Positions 24,461-35,171 of a stretch of DNA of 64,000 bases are shown in pieces; within the stretch, counting starts at the first letter, position 1; each line of letters begins with the position of its first letter. Origin of the DNA: a virus. The DNA lies in the IMG/VR virus record IMGVR_UViG_3300023199_000127, positions 96,001 to 160,000 of that record. One strand, written 5' to 3'. Both the position numbers and the translations under genes were made by a program. The notes below the pieces were generated by a model. It did no database searches. It saw nothing but the letters and a program-made list of their open reading frames with translations, and was not told the DNA's origin.

Positions 24461-25710
24461 TAGAAGGGCGTAGTCTCCTCGGAAGTCTCTGACTCAGGAT
24501 CAAAACCATCCTGTACGCCACCAACTTCCTGGAACTCAGTGAGGTTTCTAATGTCATCGCGAATCATCTCGAGAACCTCCGGGTTCTCTACGATGAACTT
24601 CTTGGCATTGTCTTTGCCTTTGATGCGATTCTGACCCTTACTATCCTCCGGGAAGCCCTTGTACTTGTAGTAGGCACCACCCTGTAGGATTACACCAAGA
24701 GCCATAGCGCTGTTAATAGCTGCAGCATCGGTGTCAAAGCCAAGTCCAAACTGGAAGGGCAGAGCAATCTCATGACCTTCCGTGGCAGACTGTTTGGTCT
24801 TATCGATCTTGATGATGCCATTGTAACCAAGCATCACCTTCTTCTTCTGCCCATCCGGCATGACAATATCGCCCTTGCGATCCTTGTCATATTGTCGTCG
24901 AAGAAATAGTCTCAGGTGGGCAAAGTGCTTCAATGCAGTGCCACCCTTCTGCTGGTAGGACGTACGTCCAGTGGGATTAATGTCCTGATACACATGGCCG
25001 ATGAGAATCTGAACCATCGGATTCTCGAGGCCACCAAGCTTAAGGTTAGCAATACCCAGGAACTTACTGAGCACCTTCGGCAAAGCGGCTACCGTATCAG
25101 CGTGTACAGTCTTCGCCACGCCATCCTGGCCAATCTTGGCAGGCTTACTCTGGATCTCCTGCGAGGTGACAAAGCCACCAAGAGAGTCGACCACGTAGCC
25201 AACAAATGCACCAGTCTCACCAAGGTCCAGCAGCATCTGTACAAGATCTTCCATGATGGCAGTGCCAGGCAGAAGCACCAGACGAGTCAAGTCGATGCCA
25301 ATATGCTCAGCATACGACTTGTCGAAAGAGTTCTCCGTATCCACCCAGATCCAGTCACCGATCTCGTTGTTCTGCATCCAGTGAGCAATGATCTGCATGA
25401 TCAAAGTGGTCTTGCCGGCGCCGGGGTTACCGAACACCGTTGTGAACTTGCCCTTCGGCAAACCGCCACCGCTAAGTCTATCAAGCTCCGGGAACGGAGT
25501 GCCAACGCGCTCGTACTCCACGAAACGCTTCATTGACTCATCGTTCGCGTAGCCCACATGTGCGCGCGGGTATTGCTCCTGCAACTTGTTCATAAGAAGC
25601 TTCGCTTTACGCTGCTTATTCGCCTGCTCTTTCTTTAGATCAGGTTGAATAGTTAGTGCCGCCGCCTTTTTAGTGGCCTTCTTCTTCGAGGCCTTCTTCT
25701 TAGCTGCCAT
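24460..25710 (-). CDS. recA: RecA/UvsX recombinase
   Basis: GGGLPKG, GNPGAGKTT, VDTENSFD, VVDSLG and GG.ALKHFA motifs. Start at ATG 25710 after AGAGG. Confidence 0.93.
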   Translation of the reverse strand: MAAKKKASKKKATKKAAALTIQPDLKKEQANKQRKAKLLMNKLQEQYPRAHVGYANDESMKRFVEYERVGTPFPELDRLSGGGLPKGKFTTVFGNPGAGKTTLIMQIIAHWMQNNEIGDWIWVDTENSFDKSYAEHIGIDLTRLVLLPGTAIMEDLVQMLLDLGETGAFVGYVVDSLGGFVTSQEIQSKPAKIGQDGVAKTVHADTVAALPKVLSKFLGIANLKLGGLENPMVQILIGHVYQDINPTGRTSYQQKGGTALKHFAHLRLFLRRQYDKDRKGDIVMPDGQKKKVMLGYNGIIKIDKTKQSATEGHEIALPFQFGLGFDTDAAAINSAMALGVILQGGAYYKYKGFPEDSKGQNRIKGKDNAKKFIVENPEVLEMIRDDIRNLTEFQEVGGVQDGFDPESETSEETTPF

Positions 25711-26050
25711 GGTCCTCTTTTCTATAGTCATCCAGTTCCTCATACAGTCCAATGAAATCATCCCAGCGCAGGACAGCGAAGGTATCACCACGCTTAGTCC
25801 TATGTACCATGAGAGGCATTTTACTGTGGAGGAGGGACACTCTCAGGGTTTTCTCGATCCATTCCCTACGAAAGGCTACGCCCTCAGCGTAGCCGTTCTT
25901 CGCCTCGATCTGAAAATCCTTGGTCTGCAGGTCCGCGTCACTAAAGACAGCACCTGAGTTCAAGGTTTCTCTGATGTCATCAGGGAGGGGCCAACTGTTC
26001 TTAATGAACAGTTCCAGATCATCTCCCTGAGTCTTGTTGGGATTAGTCAT
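25700..26050 (-). CDS. Small PD-(D/E)xK resolvase-like nuclease
   Basis: SGA...DADL....FQIEAK motif. Confidence 0.7.
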   Translation of the reverse strand: MTNPNKTQGDDLELFIKNSWPLPDDIRETLNSGAVFSDADLQTKDFQIEAKNGYAEGVAFRREWIEKTLRVSLLHSKMPLMVHRTKRGDTFAVLRWDDFIGLYEELDDYRKEDHGS

Positions 26051-26055
26051 GCTAT

Positions 26056-26478
26056 CTAGGTAGAAATTACCAAAGGAAGGGTAAATGCTACATTATCCCT
26101 ATCACGATCTGTCTTGTCGTGAGGAGGTGCCGGGGGCGCTACAGCAGGATGCCAGTAGCCCCTGAACTTACCATGGCATCTAGCAAAACGTCCTAGATTT
26201 GTACGCTTGTAGATCAGGCTGTTCCCTGCACGATTCACTCGCACCCTATACGGCCCAGTCATGAACCTCACCCAACGCCGTTGGCGATAGGCATAGATCT
26301 TTGCAAGCCAGACTTTACCCTGGGCTCCCTCGTTACGACACTCGGAGTACCAATACCAGCCGTTCTTCTCCGGCAGTTCATCGCTCCAAAGAGAAGAGAA
26401 TGCACGACCAGAATCGATCCTCGCGGCCATGTTCCATTCCTTAACAATAGTTTCAGTCTGTCTTTGTGTACTCCACAA
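26056..26478 (-). CDS. Hypothetical protein
   Basis: Fills slot; Trp/Arg-rich. Confidence 0.6.
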   Translation of the reverse strand: MWSTQRQTETIVKEWNMAARIDSGRAFSSLWSDELPEKNGWYWYSECRNEGAQGKVWLAKIYAYRQRRWVRFMTGPYRVRVNRAGNSLIYKRTNLGRFARCHGKFRGYWHPAVAPPAPPHDKTDRDRDNVAFTLPLVIST

Positions 26479-26757
26479 CTACCCATAGTCTGGCGCCCAC
26501 CCCATTTCAGGCCCATCGTAGAAGACGTCATCATCGCCTCCATCTACAATATCGTCGCCAGATCTACCAGAAAGTACTAGACCGGCAGGCTGAGTGGGAT
26601 CCAGACCAAGCGCAGCTCTACGTGCGCCAGCACGTTGAGTAATGCGTTTCTTGGCCGCATTCCACGTCATCCATGACACATCACGCACGATCAAACGTAG
26701 TAACGTGTAGGCGAAGAGGCCTGCTACCTGTCTAACCAGATAGTGAGGGGAACTCAT
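26479..26757 (-). CDS. Hypothetical protein
   Basis: Coupled ORF. Confidence 0.55.
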   Translation of the reverse strand: MSSPHYLVRQVAGLFAYTLLRLIVRDVSWMTWNAAKKRITQRAGARRAALGLDPTQPAGLVLSGRSGDDIVDGGDDDVFYDGPEMGWAPDYG

Positions 26758-27215
26758 TCGAAGTCAGATTCTAGATCAATATCATCCGGAACTGAATCGA
26801 TCTTAGGATCCTCATCAGGGGGAAGATCATCTTCCGGCGACTTAGGCTCCGGATAATCAAGCACCGGAACCATGTTGTGCGGATCCAGATGCGAGCGTCG
26901 CTCTCCCATGTACAAGCCAAAGAGAAACGCCTCCATGAGGTGCTTGTGAATCAAGACCGCAAAGAAGGGGTGCTGAGCGAATAGACCTTGTAGCCTACGG
27001 CCCAACTGATTGACAGTGGAGTAGTGAACCTCCTCTGCATAGTCCATCAAGGCCGGTTCCTTGTCGTAGCAACGACTCTTCCATGCTTCGGAACGACCCA
27101 GGTGAGTGGCGATCTGGGAAAATTCCTTGATCACCTTCTCGCTGATCAGGCCACGGTCATCAGGCGCCGTTGGCCGAGGGGTCTTGTCCGGGATGGGGTT
27201 CTTGTCCTTGCTCAC
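26754..27215 (-). CDS. Hypothetical protein with acidic tail
   Basis: Coupled ORF. Confidence 0.65.
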   Translation of the reverse strand: MSKDKNPIPDKTPRPTAPDDRGLISEKVIKEFSQIATHLGRSEAWKSRCYDKEPALMDYAEEVHYSTVNQLGRRLQGLFAQHPFFAVLIHKHLMEAFLFGLYMGERRSHLDPHNMVPVLDYPEPKSPEDDLPPDEDPKIDSVPDDIDLESDFE

Positions 27216-27690
27216 GAATTTTAGCCTCGATGCGTTCTCGTTCTTCTTGATTGATATCTCTAACTTCCACGCGTACTTCGCACTTCTTGTTTTTCAAGAA
27301 CCGGCCTACCAGTAGACCATGCGTGAAGTAGGAGTGGAAATTACCCATTGCTGCTCTAATGCCTCCGTCGGCAAAGCCTACGAAGGCATAGAAGTTTGTC
27401 AGAGCCATGTCAGGGTACTTCTTCTGCGCAGTATCTACATCCTCCGCAGTCACAACGGGTTCACCATCCTCTTCCTCGTCAGGCCTAGTATCCTCGTTGC
27501 GTTTCTCAATGATTCTCTTCACCGCAAGACAGATCTCTTTGCTAAGCCAACGTCGTGTCTCACCTTCCCCACCAGGGATTACTGAGACAATGATCAGCTC
27601 TGTCTTCTTGCCTCGATAGAGATCCCACAAAGTATCTGTGCTCTCATCGAAGTAGTGAGTGGCGATCTGATTTGCGCCTTCAAAATTCAT
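27160..27690 (-). CDS. Hypothetical protein
   Basis: ATGA overlap with the upstream gene. Confidence 0.65.
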   Translation of the reverse strand: MNFEGANQIATHYFDESTDTLWDLYRGKKTELIIVSVIPGGEGETRRWLSKEICLAVKRIIEKRNEDTRPDEEEDGEPVVTAEDVDTAQKKYPDMALTNFYAFVGFADGGIRAAMGNFHSYFTHGLLVGRFLKNKKCEVRVEVRDINQEERERIEAKIREQGQEPHPGQDPSANGA

Positions 27691-28808
27691 GAGTCCAACT
27701 CTCGCAGTGCATTCACGGGATCAAGTGAAATGACCTCGTGACTTTCCTGATCCACCAAGTGTAGCATAGGCGAACCCTCAATACCCAGGTTCTCCTGGAT
27801 CTTGATAATGATCTTCTTGAATGAGCTATTGCTCACAGCATTCAGAAGCCGACTGCCAGTAACACCAAAGGAATAGTTCTTCTGGAGGGTTGAAGTTGCT
27901 TCCAGATCGAACGCAACCTCATTACCCTCTTCTTCACCAAACCAATAGGCTTTGCCGTCCTCAAGACGACAGGTGATCAAGGCTTCCTTGCCTAGCACCT
28001 GTACTGCAGTACTCAGTTCGCTATGTAGCTCCTTTTTGTCCAGCTCCACCGAATCTACGAAGGTGATATTCTGGAACATCTCGAGCACTTGAGAAACGAA
28101 CTTAGGTTCCTTCTGCTGTTTCAGGGCAAGCGTATTGCCCGGAGATGACATGACAAGCCACTTGTCGGAGAGCCTTACGGTGATGAATTCACCGAGGGTA
28201 CCCAATCGTACAAGTTCCTTTCCGGCTACGAATGCACGTTTGTCCTGAGGTAGGAGGTCGCAGTCGACCATAATGATCTGGTCTACCCAGGCAGCCAAAA
28301 GCTGCCTGGGGAGAACCGTTACACAACGCGCAGTCAGAGGTCCAGCAGAAGAGGACGCAAAGCAATGCTCTGCACGCTCGATGTTCGGAATGGGATTAGA
28401 GATCCCGTCAAGCACCTTCTCTGCCTTGGTAACACCCTCGGGGAACCTACCAAACATGGTAGGTTCGAAGGTAGCTACCTTGATCTTGCCGAACTTGATA
28501 CCGGTCTTGAGAAACCGGATTTCTTGGACACCCTTGGCCTTTGCCAGTTGTCTAGTTGCAGCCAGCAACTTAGGACCCTCTACTGCCACTCGAATAGACT
28601 CCTCCGGACCCTTCTCCACTTCCATTGAAAGCTGGAGGATAGCCAGATTAGACTGGCTACGGAAGAAGAGTCTGCCGTCCTTGTAGACGACGGCGACCAT
28701 ACCACCCGTTGCAGTGTCTTTCTCAGTACGAGCAAGACGCTCGATTTCGACGACAATGCGTTTGAGTTCGACCGTATCCAGAGAGATCTTGATGCCAGTA
28801 GACGCCAT
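27687..28808 (-). CDS. Probable sliding clamp (DnaN/beta-like)
   Basis: 373 aa with three repeats of a helix-plus-strands pattern (ELKRIVVEI / IERAEHCF / LDKKELHSEL), and a DnaE in the same window. Divergent. Confidence 0.55.
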   Translation of the reverse strand: MASTGIKISLDTVELKRIVVEIERLARTEKDTATGGMVAVVYKDGRLFFRSQSNLAILQLSMEVEKGPEESIRVAVEGPKLLAATRQLAKAKGVQEIRFLKTGIKFGKIKVATFEPTMFGRFPEGVTKAEKVLDGISNPIPNIERAEHCFASSSAGPLTARCVTVLPRQLLAAWVDQIIMVDCDLLPQDKRAFVAGKELVRLGTLGEFITVRLSDKWLVMSSPGNTLALKQQKEPKFVSQVLEMFQNITFVDSVELDKKELHSELSTAVQVLGKEALITCRLEDGKAYWFGEEEGNEVAFDLEATSTLQKNYSFGVTGSRLLNAVSNSSFKKIIIKIQENLGIEGSPMLHLVDQESHEVISLDPVNALRELDS

Positions 28809-28810
28809 AA

Positions 28811-29272
28811 CTAACGAGGCTTCAGAATAGTCATCGCTTTGTTGGCCTCACCATAGACACCAATGACAGCCTGAACGTCACGAGTGTGCAGATGCTGCAC
28901 CACGTTCTCGGCCAGCTCCTGAAGATTCTCCTCAGGGACATCGGCAGCGATCACGATGCGACCAGAACCGACCTGAATAGGCATCGGATCCTCGACATGC
29001 GGGTCACGGCGACAGGTGACATAAAGGTCACCAGTGGCGGGCTGCACCCAGGCAGTGTAGGGAACAAACTTCGGGTCGATACCGAAAGCCATGAGGGCCT
29101 CAAGACGCGGGATCTTGAAGGTACCATGCTCGACCTCGTTCACATCGAGAGTCTTGGTACCCTTCACCAGCTCCATCTCTGCCATGATCTCCGCGGCTTC
29201 GCGTCGTTCCCCTTCCGGAATCTTGGCAAGCAGCTGCTTGGCCAGCTTCTTGCTATCCACCTGTTCGGGCAT
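28811..29272 (-). CDS. Hypothetical protein
   Basis: Start at ATG 29272 after AGGAG. Confidence 0.7.
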   Translation of the reverse strand: MPEQVDSKKLAKQLLAKIPEGERREAAEIMAEMELVKGTKTLDVNEVEHGTFKIPRLEALMAFGIDPKFVPYTAWVQPATGDLYVTCRRDPHVEDPMPIQVGSGRIVIAADVPEENLQELAENVVQHLHTRDVQAVIGVYGEANKAMTILKPR

Positions 29273-29951
29273 TGCTATACTCCTGCTTGTGCTGACGTTG
29301 TGCAATCTTTTCTAGCTGATCCGCAAACCGGGTGATTGCAAAGTACCCATTGCGAATGACACTCGCGACAGTCGCTGTCTGGCGACTGTCTTCATCCATC
29401 TGTTTGGTCACAGCCTTCGAGATGTTATCTGCATCTGAATCTGTCACCACTGTTTTCAATGCATCTCGTGCTCGCTTAGCCACAATGTAAGCGCCAGCAC
29501 GTGAGATCTTGACCTGATTCTCAGACTGTACTGAGACACCGCTAAAGAAGCCAACGATCATACTCAGGCGCACAAGGGCGCCCTGCAAAGTGATCAAGTC
29601 ATCGTTAACGGTGGCCAAGTGGGCCCTGAATCCCTGTTGCTCATACTTCTTAATAATGTCAAAGCAACGATTGAGATCCTCAAAGTACTCATCGCGAACG
29701 AGGATCTCTCGATACGGTTCCGGGATCCTTAGGTCGGTGAAGTCATCCGAGTTCTTACGCACATAGTCCTGCACGTCCTGGATATTCTTCTTGGCTTGTC
29801 GCACCTGCTTAGCAGCTTTACCAGCTGCATCCTTGGTAGCGACATCCTCATCCAGACCCGGAATCTCATCCTCGCAGTCCTCAGGTTCGCCGACGACGAG
29901 ATCCTCTGCGATCTCGGCTTCGGCCAAAGTGTCTTCGATTTCCTTCGTCAT
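29253..29951 (-). CDS. Hypothetical helical protein
   Basis: Long ORF in operon. Confidence 0.7.
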   Translation of the reverse strand: MTKEIEDTLAEAEIAEDLVVGEPEDCEDEIPGLDEDVATKDAAGKAAKQVRQAKKNIQDVQDYVRKNSDDFTDLRIPEPYREILVRDEYFEDLNRCFDIIKKYEQQGFRAHLATVNDDLITLQGALVRLSMIVGFFSGVSVQSENQVKISRAGAYIVAKRARDALKTVVTDSDADNISKAVTKQMDEDSRQTATVASVIRNGYFAITRFADQLEKIAQRQHKQEYSNARTGG

Positions 29952-31639
29952 ACCATGTCCCCTAGAAGTTCATCGATCAAATCATCGCCGCCTTCGACAT
30001 TGATCTCGTCGTTGCCGCCGAACTTAACCGATTCATGAGGGGCCAGTGTATCATTCGGAAGAGACACCGGCAGCTTCGTATTGCTTGTCAGGTAATAGAA
30101 AGGACCATGTGAAGTGGTCTTATGACCATTCTCCTGAATGGATTCCACCAACCCTTCCAGCGTGAACATCTTAGACACGTAATTCGGACGCACAATCGAG
30201 TCCGCATACGTGTGGTAGAGGAAGAACATGGAGAACATGAAGTCCATCAAGATGGGCTCAGTGTTATGGGGCATGAAGACCTCACGGGCTTCTTCCCATT
30301 TCACAGACTCCTCATTATTGAGGAAGTGCTTGTGCTCCAGCTTAGGCACTCTGATTAGCGTGATACCCTCGAGAGCCTCGCACATACGACGGTCAAACTC
30401 AGGATACTGATCAACAATCCACTGTACCAAGCGAGGCCACACCTCTTCTTTGGTTCCCTTGTGGTCAATCCCATGATTGAAACAGATGTTTCTGATGCTA
30501 TCAAGAGTGATCTTACTAAGGGAATCACACCCACTGTGCTTAATCAGCTTCGGTAGATCTTCATTAGACAGGATCTGTACACCGGTCCTGATTGTGCCAG
30601 GGTATGCTGAGAAAACGTGCTTCTCAAACTCGTCCCATGACATCTTAATGGGGATGGTATGAGCTTGATCAATGTGCTCACTATCCATCTGTTTACGAAT
30701 AGCCGGCATGGTACGCCCAGCCTGAGGCTGTAGTTCCACGCCGGCTGAAGACACGTTAGCTTGCCAGGGAATTGTGCTGTCCTTTGTGGTATACACCACC
30801 CAGTCGGACAGCATAGTCTTTCCCTGAATCGGGTTCTGATAGTCGTTGCGCAAAAAACCATTCGGGGTTAGCACAACTTTGCTAATGGCATCCCAATCGT
30901 ACAAGCTATCACTCATCATCATGCTGATGAGGATGTCCTCCATGTCCTCAAAGTCTGCAGGTGCAAAGACCTTAGACAGCTTCATGGCACGAAACACATC
31001 CCAGCTAGCCAGTTTGATTTCTGGATTCAGCTCCTTGAGGACAGCTCTGATCTCCTGCAACGTAGGCATGATCTGATCGGAGTCATCTCCAGTACCGATT
31101 CTGTAGATGAGTTTGCGTACAAAATCATCAGTCCAGATATCAGGATTCTGCATGCGCTCTACAGCTAGCTGCAGGATGTGCTTATACTTTGCACCCTTCC
31201 TCACTACCAGCGTCTTTGGGTCACGCATCTTGAGAACAAACTCGCTGGGCATCAAAGAAAGCGATTGCTTAAACTTTACCGTGTTGTACCTCTGCAGTGA
31301 GGTTCTAATCTCATTCGCATAGCGAAGATATTCACCAGTAACACCTGCCTCCTGCACACGGACACTCATCCAGTCCATAAGAATAGAGACATTCTTCAGA
31401 CTCTCACCACGTGCAGCCTGTGCCAGCGTTGTCTCTGATACTTGACGGGTCAAAGTCTCAAACTCGCGATTGGGATACTCTGCACTGAACTCCTTCACAC
31501 ACTGATTCACAGGAGTTAGCAGATAGTAACCGTTTAGCACCGACTCCTTCATGGAGACGTCAACAAGCTGGCACTCGATGGTGCCAATTTCTTCGCTAAT
31601 TGCTAGCGGCTTGAAGCGCATGCTCAGCGCCAGCATCAT
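29948..31639 (-). CDS. Large hypothetical protein (563 aa)
   Basis: Long ORF directly downstream of the MoxR ATPase; acidic C-terminus. Confidence 0.8.
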   Translation of the reverse strand: MMLALSMRFKPLAISEEIGTIECQLVDVSMKESVLNGYYLLTPVNQCVKEFSAEYPNREFETLTRQVSETTLAQAARGESLKNVSILMDWMSVRVQEAGVTGEYLRYANEIRTSLQRYNTVKFKQSLSLMPSEFVLKMRDPKTLVVRKGAKYKHILQLAVERMQNPDIWTDDFVRKLIYRIGTGDDSDQIMPTLQEIRAVLKELNPEIKLASWDVFRAMKLSKVFAPADFEDMEDILISMMMSDSLYDWDAISKVVLTPNGFLRNDYQNPIQGKTMLSDWVVYTTKDSTIPWQANVSSAGVELQPQAGRTMPAIRKQMDSEHIDQAHTIPIKMSWDEFEKHVFSAYPGTIRTGVQILSNEDLPKLIKHSGCDSLSKITLDSIRNICFNHGIDHKGTKEEVWPRLVQWIVDQYPEFDRRMCEALEGITLIRVPKLEHKHFLNNEESVKWEEAREVFMPHNTEPILMDFMFSMFFLYHTYADSIVRPNYVSKMFTLEGLVESIQENGHKTTSHGPFYYLTSNTKLPVSLPNDTLAPHESVKFGGNDEINVEGGDDLIDELLGDMV

Positions 31640-33191
31640 CTTCCTCCCCAGTTTCGGTAATCATTCGGCCCAGCCTGTTGCATTTCATGGCCACATCTTC
31701 TTCAAGGGCCTGCACCTGAGACTCATTGATAGCATTCATTCCAGCATCAGCGGTCTTCTCAAGCCACTCATTCACAATAGCAATGGCCATCAAACGCTGC
31801 GGCATCTCATCATTGTTCTTGGAGTACTTACCAACCAGTGCCGCAAGACGGTCGGCATACTTCATCTGATTATCCTGGATCGGATGAATCTCCGGAGTCA
31901 CCAGACTTTCGTCCAGTTTCTTCGTAAGCTGGTCGACCACATTCGGGGGCAAAGTGCCCTCCCTATGGGCTTCGATCTGCAGAGCAACCAGAGCAAGCAC
32001 AGAGATATCCAAGCCCTCCTGATTAAGAACTCGGGTCCAGCCCGAGTTCTTATTCTGTGTCCCGAGACACTCCTCGTTCAGGAGGATCTCCACCTTTCGG
32101 GTGATGTCCCGAGTAGCAAGAAGCTCGAACAGGATGTCTAGCTTGTAGGGATCACGCTCCTCCTCCAGATATGGCTGGAGGTTGCGGAATACCTTCTCGA
32201 TCTGTGCCTCCTGCTCGGAGTTCTTGGCCCCCGTATCATTCAATCCCGTCGGAATAGACGAGAGGATGACACTCAGCGCAGTCTCCTGAAGCTTCTGCAT
32301 CTTGGCGCCACGCAGATTTGCCACTGCCAACTCCACCGCTCTGGTAGATAGAATGGCACGATAGATCAGACCTAGCCGGCGACCATCAAGGATGATCGGC
32401 TCACTCTTCTCGTCCTTGGTCGTTGCCTTGGAGGTCATCTCTCGTAGAGACACAGCGAAACGAGAGAGGAAGTGCCTAATGTACTCCATGTCATGGCACA
32501 TCTGCACATACAGAGGAGCAGCACCCATCAGGATCTGCTTAATCTCCTCACCCACATTCTCGTAATTCGTAGTGTCCCATACGGATCCATTTCCCTTATG
32601 CAGGGATGTCGCATCCGTCCAGTGCAACAGAGCCGGCGCATCATCTTCGGAAACCTTGGCGATGACAGCTTCGCGAGCGGCCTCGCTCATATCCAAGACA
32701 TGCGTAGGGTACAAGAACATGGCGAACCTGCCGATATAGGCAGGATCCATCACATTCGTGCCCTCATAGTCCACCGGGTTCATAGCGCCAATGATCCACT
32801 TGCAGTCAGTCTCATAGCCCATTATGGTACGGCCCCGGATGAACTCCAACCACTTGGACTGCATCTCCGGGTCTGCACGATTCACCTCATCGATGAGCAC
32901 AAGTTCCTTGTTCCAACAAGTGACCTTCGACTTGACGAACTCGATCTTGCCATGCTTCAGCTGCTCTGGGTTAGGGAAGCCGATGATGTCTTCGAACATG
33001 GACTTGGCAGCATCATAGACGCCTACCTCCACGTCGAGGGCACGACCGATAGCCTTGGCCAGCGCGCTCTTCGCGCTGCCAAGGGTCTGGACCATCAAGA
33101 TGGGATCGCCAGTCAATAGCGATCCAAGTACCTTGTTCTCGCTGGACTGTGTCCAACCATAGATACCGAGTTTGTTAAAAATGAGACTCAT
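31596..33191 (-). CDS. MoxR/RavA-like AAA+ ATPase
   Basis: GDPILM..LGSAKS (variant Walker A), LIDEVNRA, GAMNP and DRF-like GRF motifs. Confidence 0.85.
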   Translation of the reverse strand: MSLIFNKLGIYGWTQSSENKVLGSLLTGDPILMVQTLGSAKSALAKAIGRALDVEVGVYDAAKSMFEDIIGFPNPEQLKHGKIEFVKSKVTCWNKELVLIDEVNRADPEMQSKWLEFIRGRTIMGYETDCKWIIGAMNPVDYEGTNVMDPAYIGRFAMFLYPTHVLDMSEAAREAVIAKVSEDDAPALLHWTDATSLHKGNGSVWDTTNYENVGEEIKQILMGAAPLYVQMCHDMEYIRHFLSRFAVSLREMTSKATTKDEKSEPIILDGRRLGLIYRAILSTRAVELAVANLRGAKMQKLQETALSVILSSIPTGLNDTGAKNSEQEAQIEKVFRNLQPYLEEERDPYKLDILFELLATRDITRKVEILLNEECLGTQNKNSGWTRVLNQEGLDISVLALVALQIEAHREGTLPPNVVDQLTKKLDESLVTPEIHPIQDNQMKYADRLAALVGKYSKNNDEMPQRLMAIAIVNEWLEKTADAGMNAINESQVQALEEDVAMKCNRLGRMITETGEEDDAGAEHALQAASN

Positions 33192-33196
33192 TGTTC

Positions 33197-33484
33197 CTAC
33201 TGTTGCTGTTGTCTATTAACACATTCGAAGGGAGCTCGATAACTCAGCTCCAACATCGCACATGTATTGTGAAAGTACTGGTACTTAGTCTCATAGGAGA
33301 TACCAAATTGATCCTTGGCTTCAGGTACCTCTATAGGGAGCATGACCGGAATGTACCGAATGATCTCCTTGCATTTGGCGCAGTATACTACACTGCCCTG
33401 AGCACAGAAGACTCCATCACGTACGGTCTTCTCTCTGCGTTCCTTTGTCCACCTGATCAGGAAAATCAGAATCCTACGGATCAC
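33197..33484 (-). CDS. Hypothetical protein with CxxC
   Basis: YCAKC...HNTC. Confidence 0.55.
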   Translation of the reverse strand: MIRRILIFLIRWTKERREKTVRDGVFCAQGSVVYCAKCKEIIRYIPVMLPIEVPEAKDQFGISYETKYQYFHNTCAMLELSYRAPFECVNRQQQQ

Positions 33485-33693
33485 TTATCCACCCGAATCA
33501 AGCCTATGCTAGCGGGACCCCACTCATAGAGCTTGCCCTTGAACTTCTGGGGAATGGCATCCCCACTCTTGATGTTCTTGTTACCCCACTTCTTTGCCTT
33601 CTCATGATTTTCGAAGGGACCGAACATCAATGCAGGGATCTTTGGGTTGTCGAAACGTACGACGACCCAGTGTCTAGTTGTGGGAATGCTCAT
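33481..33693 (-). CDS. Hypothetical protein
   Basis: ATGA-coupled; FGPF motif. Confidence 0.6.
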   Translation of the reverse strand: MSIPTTRHWVVVRFDNPKIPALMFGPFENHEKAKKWGNKNIKSGDAIPQKFKGKLYEWGPASIGLIRVDK

Positions 33694-35171
33694 TTGAATA
33701 GATCGTCCAGTGCTACCGACCTCTTATAGTGCTGATTCCAAAACTCCTCAGTTGTACCACCCTTGGTCTGAATCACCATAGCCTTTTCAATGTTAGCGAG
33801 AGCCATGGCCTTCCTCTTATCATCACAGCCGGCGTATCCGTCTGTGATGATAAGAACCCTACGATGCTGGTTTTGCACAGCATGATCAATGATACAGTTG
33901 TAATCTGTACCACCCGTGGTATTCAACTTACCCATCGCCATGTCGTGTATGGAAGTCTTGACGACCTTGTTCGAGAACTGGTAGATATCCTCAATCTCCC
34001 TACGCATAGCATGGCACAAGCCACAGATACGAGGCAGTTCACTACACACAGACCCTGACACATCAATGTACATGGCAAGACCACGATGCTTAATGCCCTG
34101 GATGATGCGGTCCATTCTCCAGAAAACAGGGATAAACCCAGCACCAAGTAGTGTGGCATCCCGCCGACCGATGCCTCCACGAGGCACGACCGAACGCTTA
34201 GGTTTACGGACGTTGTAGTACGTCTTAATCTTAGCGAGTTCTGTATCTTCGGAGAACTCTTCAAGCAGCTTGGATACCAGAGTGCTATTACAACGGATGG
34301 TTTTAATCACCATCTCGGTGAGCCTATCCGAATAACCTCCTTGCTTGCACGCGTCCTCAAGATGATCAGCAATCTCCTTACCGATGCGAGATTTCACTTC
34401 GGCTGAGATTTCTTCGCAACCATCTCCATGGACAGGACAATTAGGATCACGACCTTGATCCTGTTTGTCCTGTTCATCCTGCCCTTCGCCCTCACCATCT
34501 TCCTTATCACCAGGCTTCTGGCATGTACAGCTACCATTACCAGAACCGTGGCTACCAATGAGCTTTACCGTAGCAAATCCTGACTGGGGCAGGAACAATC
34601 GAAGAATCTCAATCAGTTCAGCAATAGAGCTGAACTGACCCTCCTGCATCTCGGTATTCTGTCCCACATGTCCGATGTGACCTGCAGTACGGTTCCAGAA
34701 GCCCCATATCTGTTGATAACAGGGACGCAGCTTCTGCATCTGTGCTTTCACCTTTGTCTCGGGGCGCAAAAGCCCAGAGATGCCACCCTCCTTGTCGGGC
34801 AATGCATCTGGGTAAAAGGACTTCATCAGGTCACAATGTCCCAACGTACGTCCAATCGTAGCATTGATGACCATGTCAGCAGCTATATTGTTCAGTGCAT
34901 CTAGTGACCTGGTGAAGTCACCAAAAACGTGATGAAGCAGCTCATGAAACAGAACCTCCTCAAGCTTGTTCTCGGTATTCACATTCTTGACGAAGAACTC
35001 TCGGTTCCACCACAAGGTGCCATTACCATCAACCGCCAGCGTTTGAATCTGGCTCTTCTGCGGTGCTTCCTCCACCCTCTGGATAAATCCAGTGGAGATG
35101 AAGGCATTCATACCGAAGCGACGTTGAAGCACCATCGTAACAGTGCTAAGGTCGAGGGATGTGGCAATCAT
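33690..35171 (-). CDS. HExxH metallopeptidase-like plus VWA domain protein (DUF2201-like)
   Basis: TLAVD, HELLH, NIAAD..IN, DVSGS (MIDAS), GGTDY and IITDG motifs. Confidence 0.85.
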   Translation of the reverse strand: MIATSLDLSTVTMVLQRRFGMNAFISTGFIQRVEEAPQKSQIQTLAVDGNGTLWWNREFFVKNVNTENKLEEVLFHELLHHVFGDFTRSLDALNNIAADMVINATIGRTLGHCDLMKSFYPDALPDKEGGISGLLRPETKVKAQMQKLRPCYQQIWGFWNRTAGHIGHVGQNTEMQEGQFSSIAELIEILRLFLPQSGFATVKLIGSHGSGNGSCTCQKPGDKEDGEGEGQDEQDKQDQGRDPNCPVHGDGCEEISAEVKSRIGKEIADHLEDACKQGGYSDRLTEMVIKTIRCNSTLVSKLLEEFSEDTELAKIKTYYNVRKPKRSVVPRGGIGRRDATLLGAGFIPVFWRMDRIIQGIKHRGLAMYIDVSGSVCSELPRICGLCHAMRREIEDIYQFSNKVVKTSIHDMAMGKLNTTGGTDYNCIIDHAVQNQHRRVLIITDGYAGCDDKRKAMALANIEKAMVIQTKGGTTEEFWNQHYKRSVALDDLFK

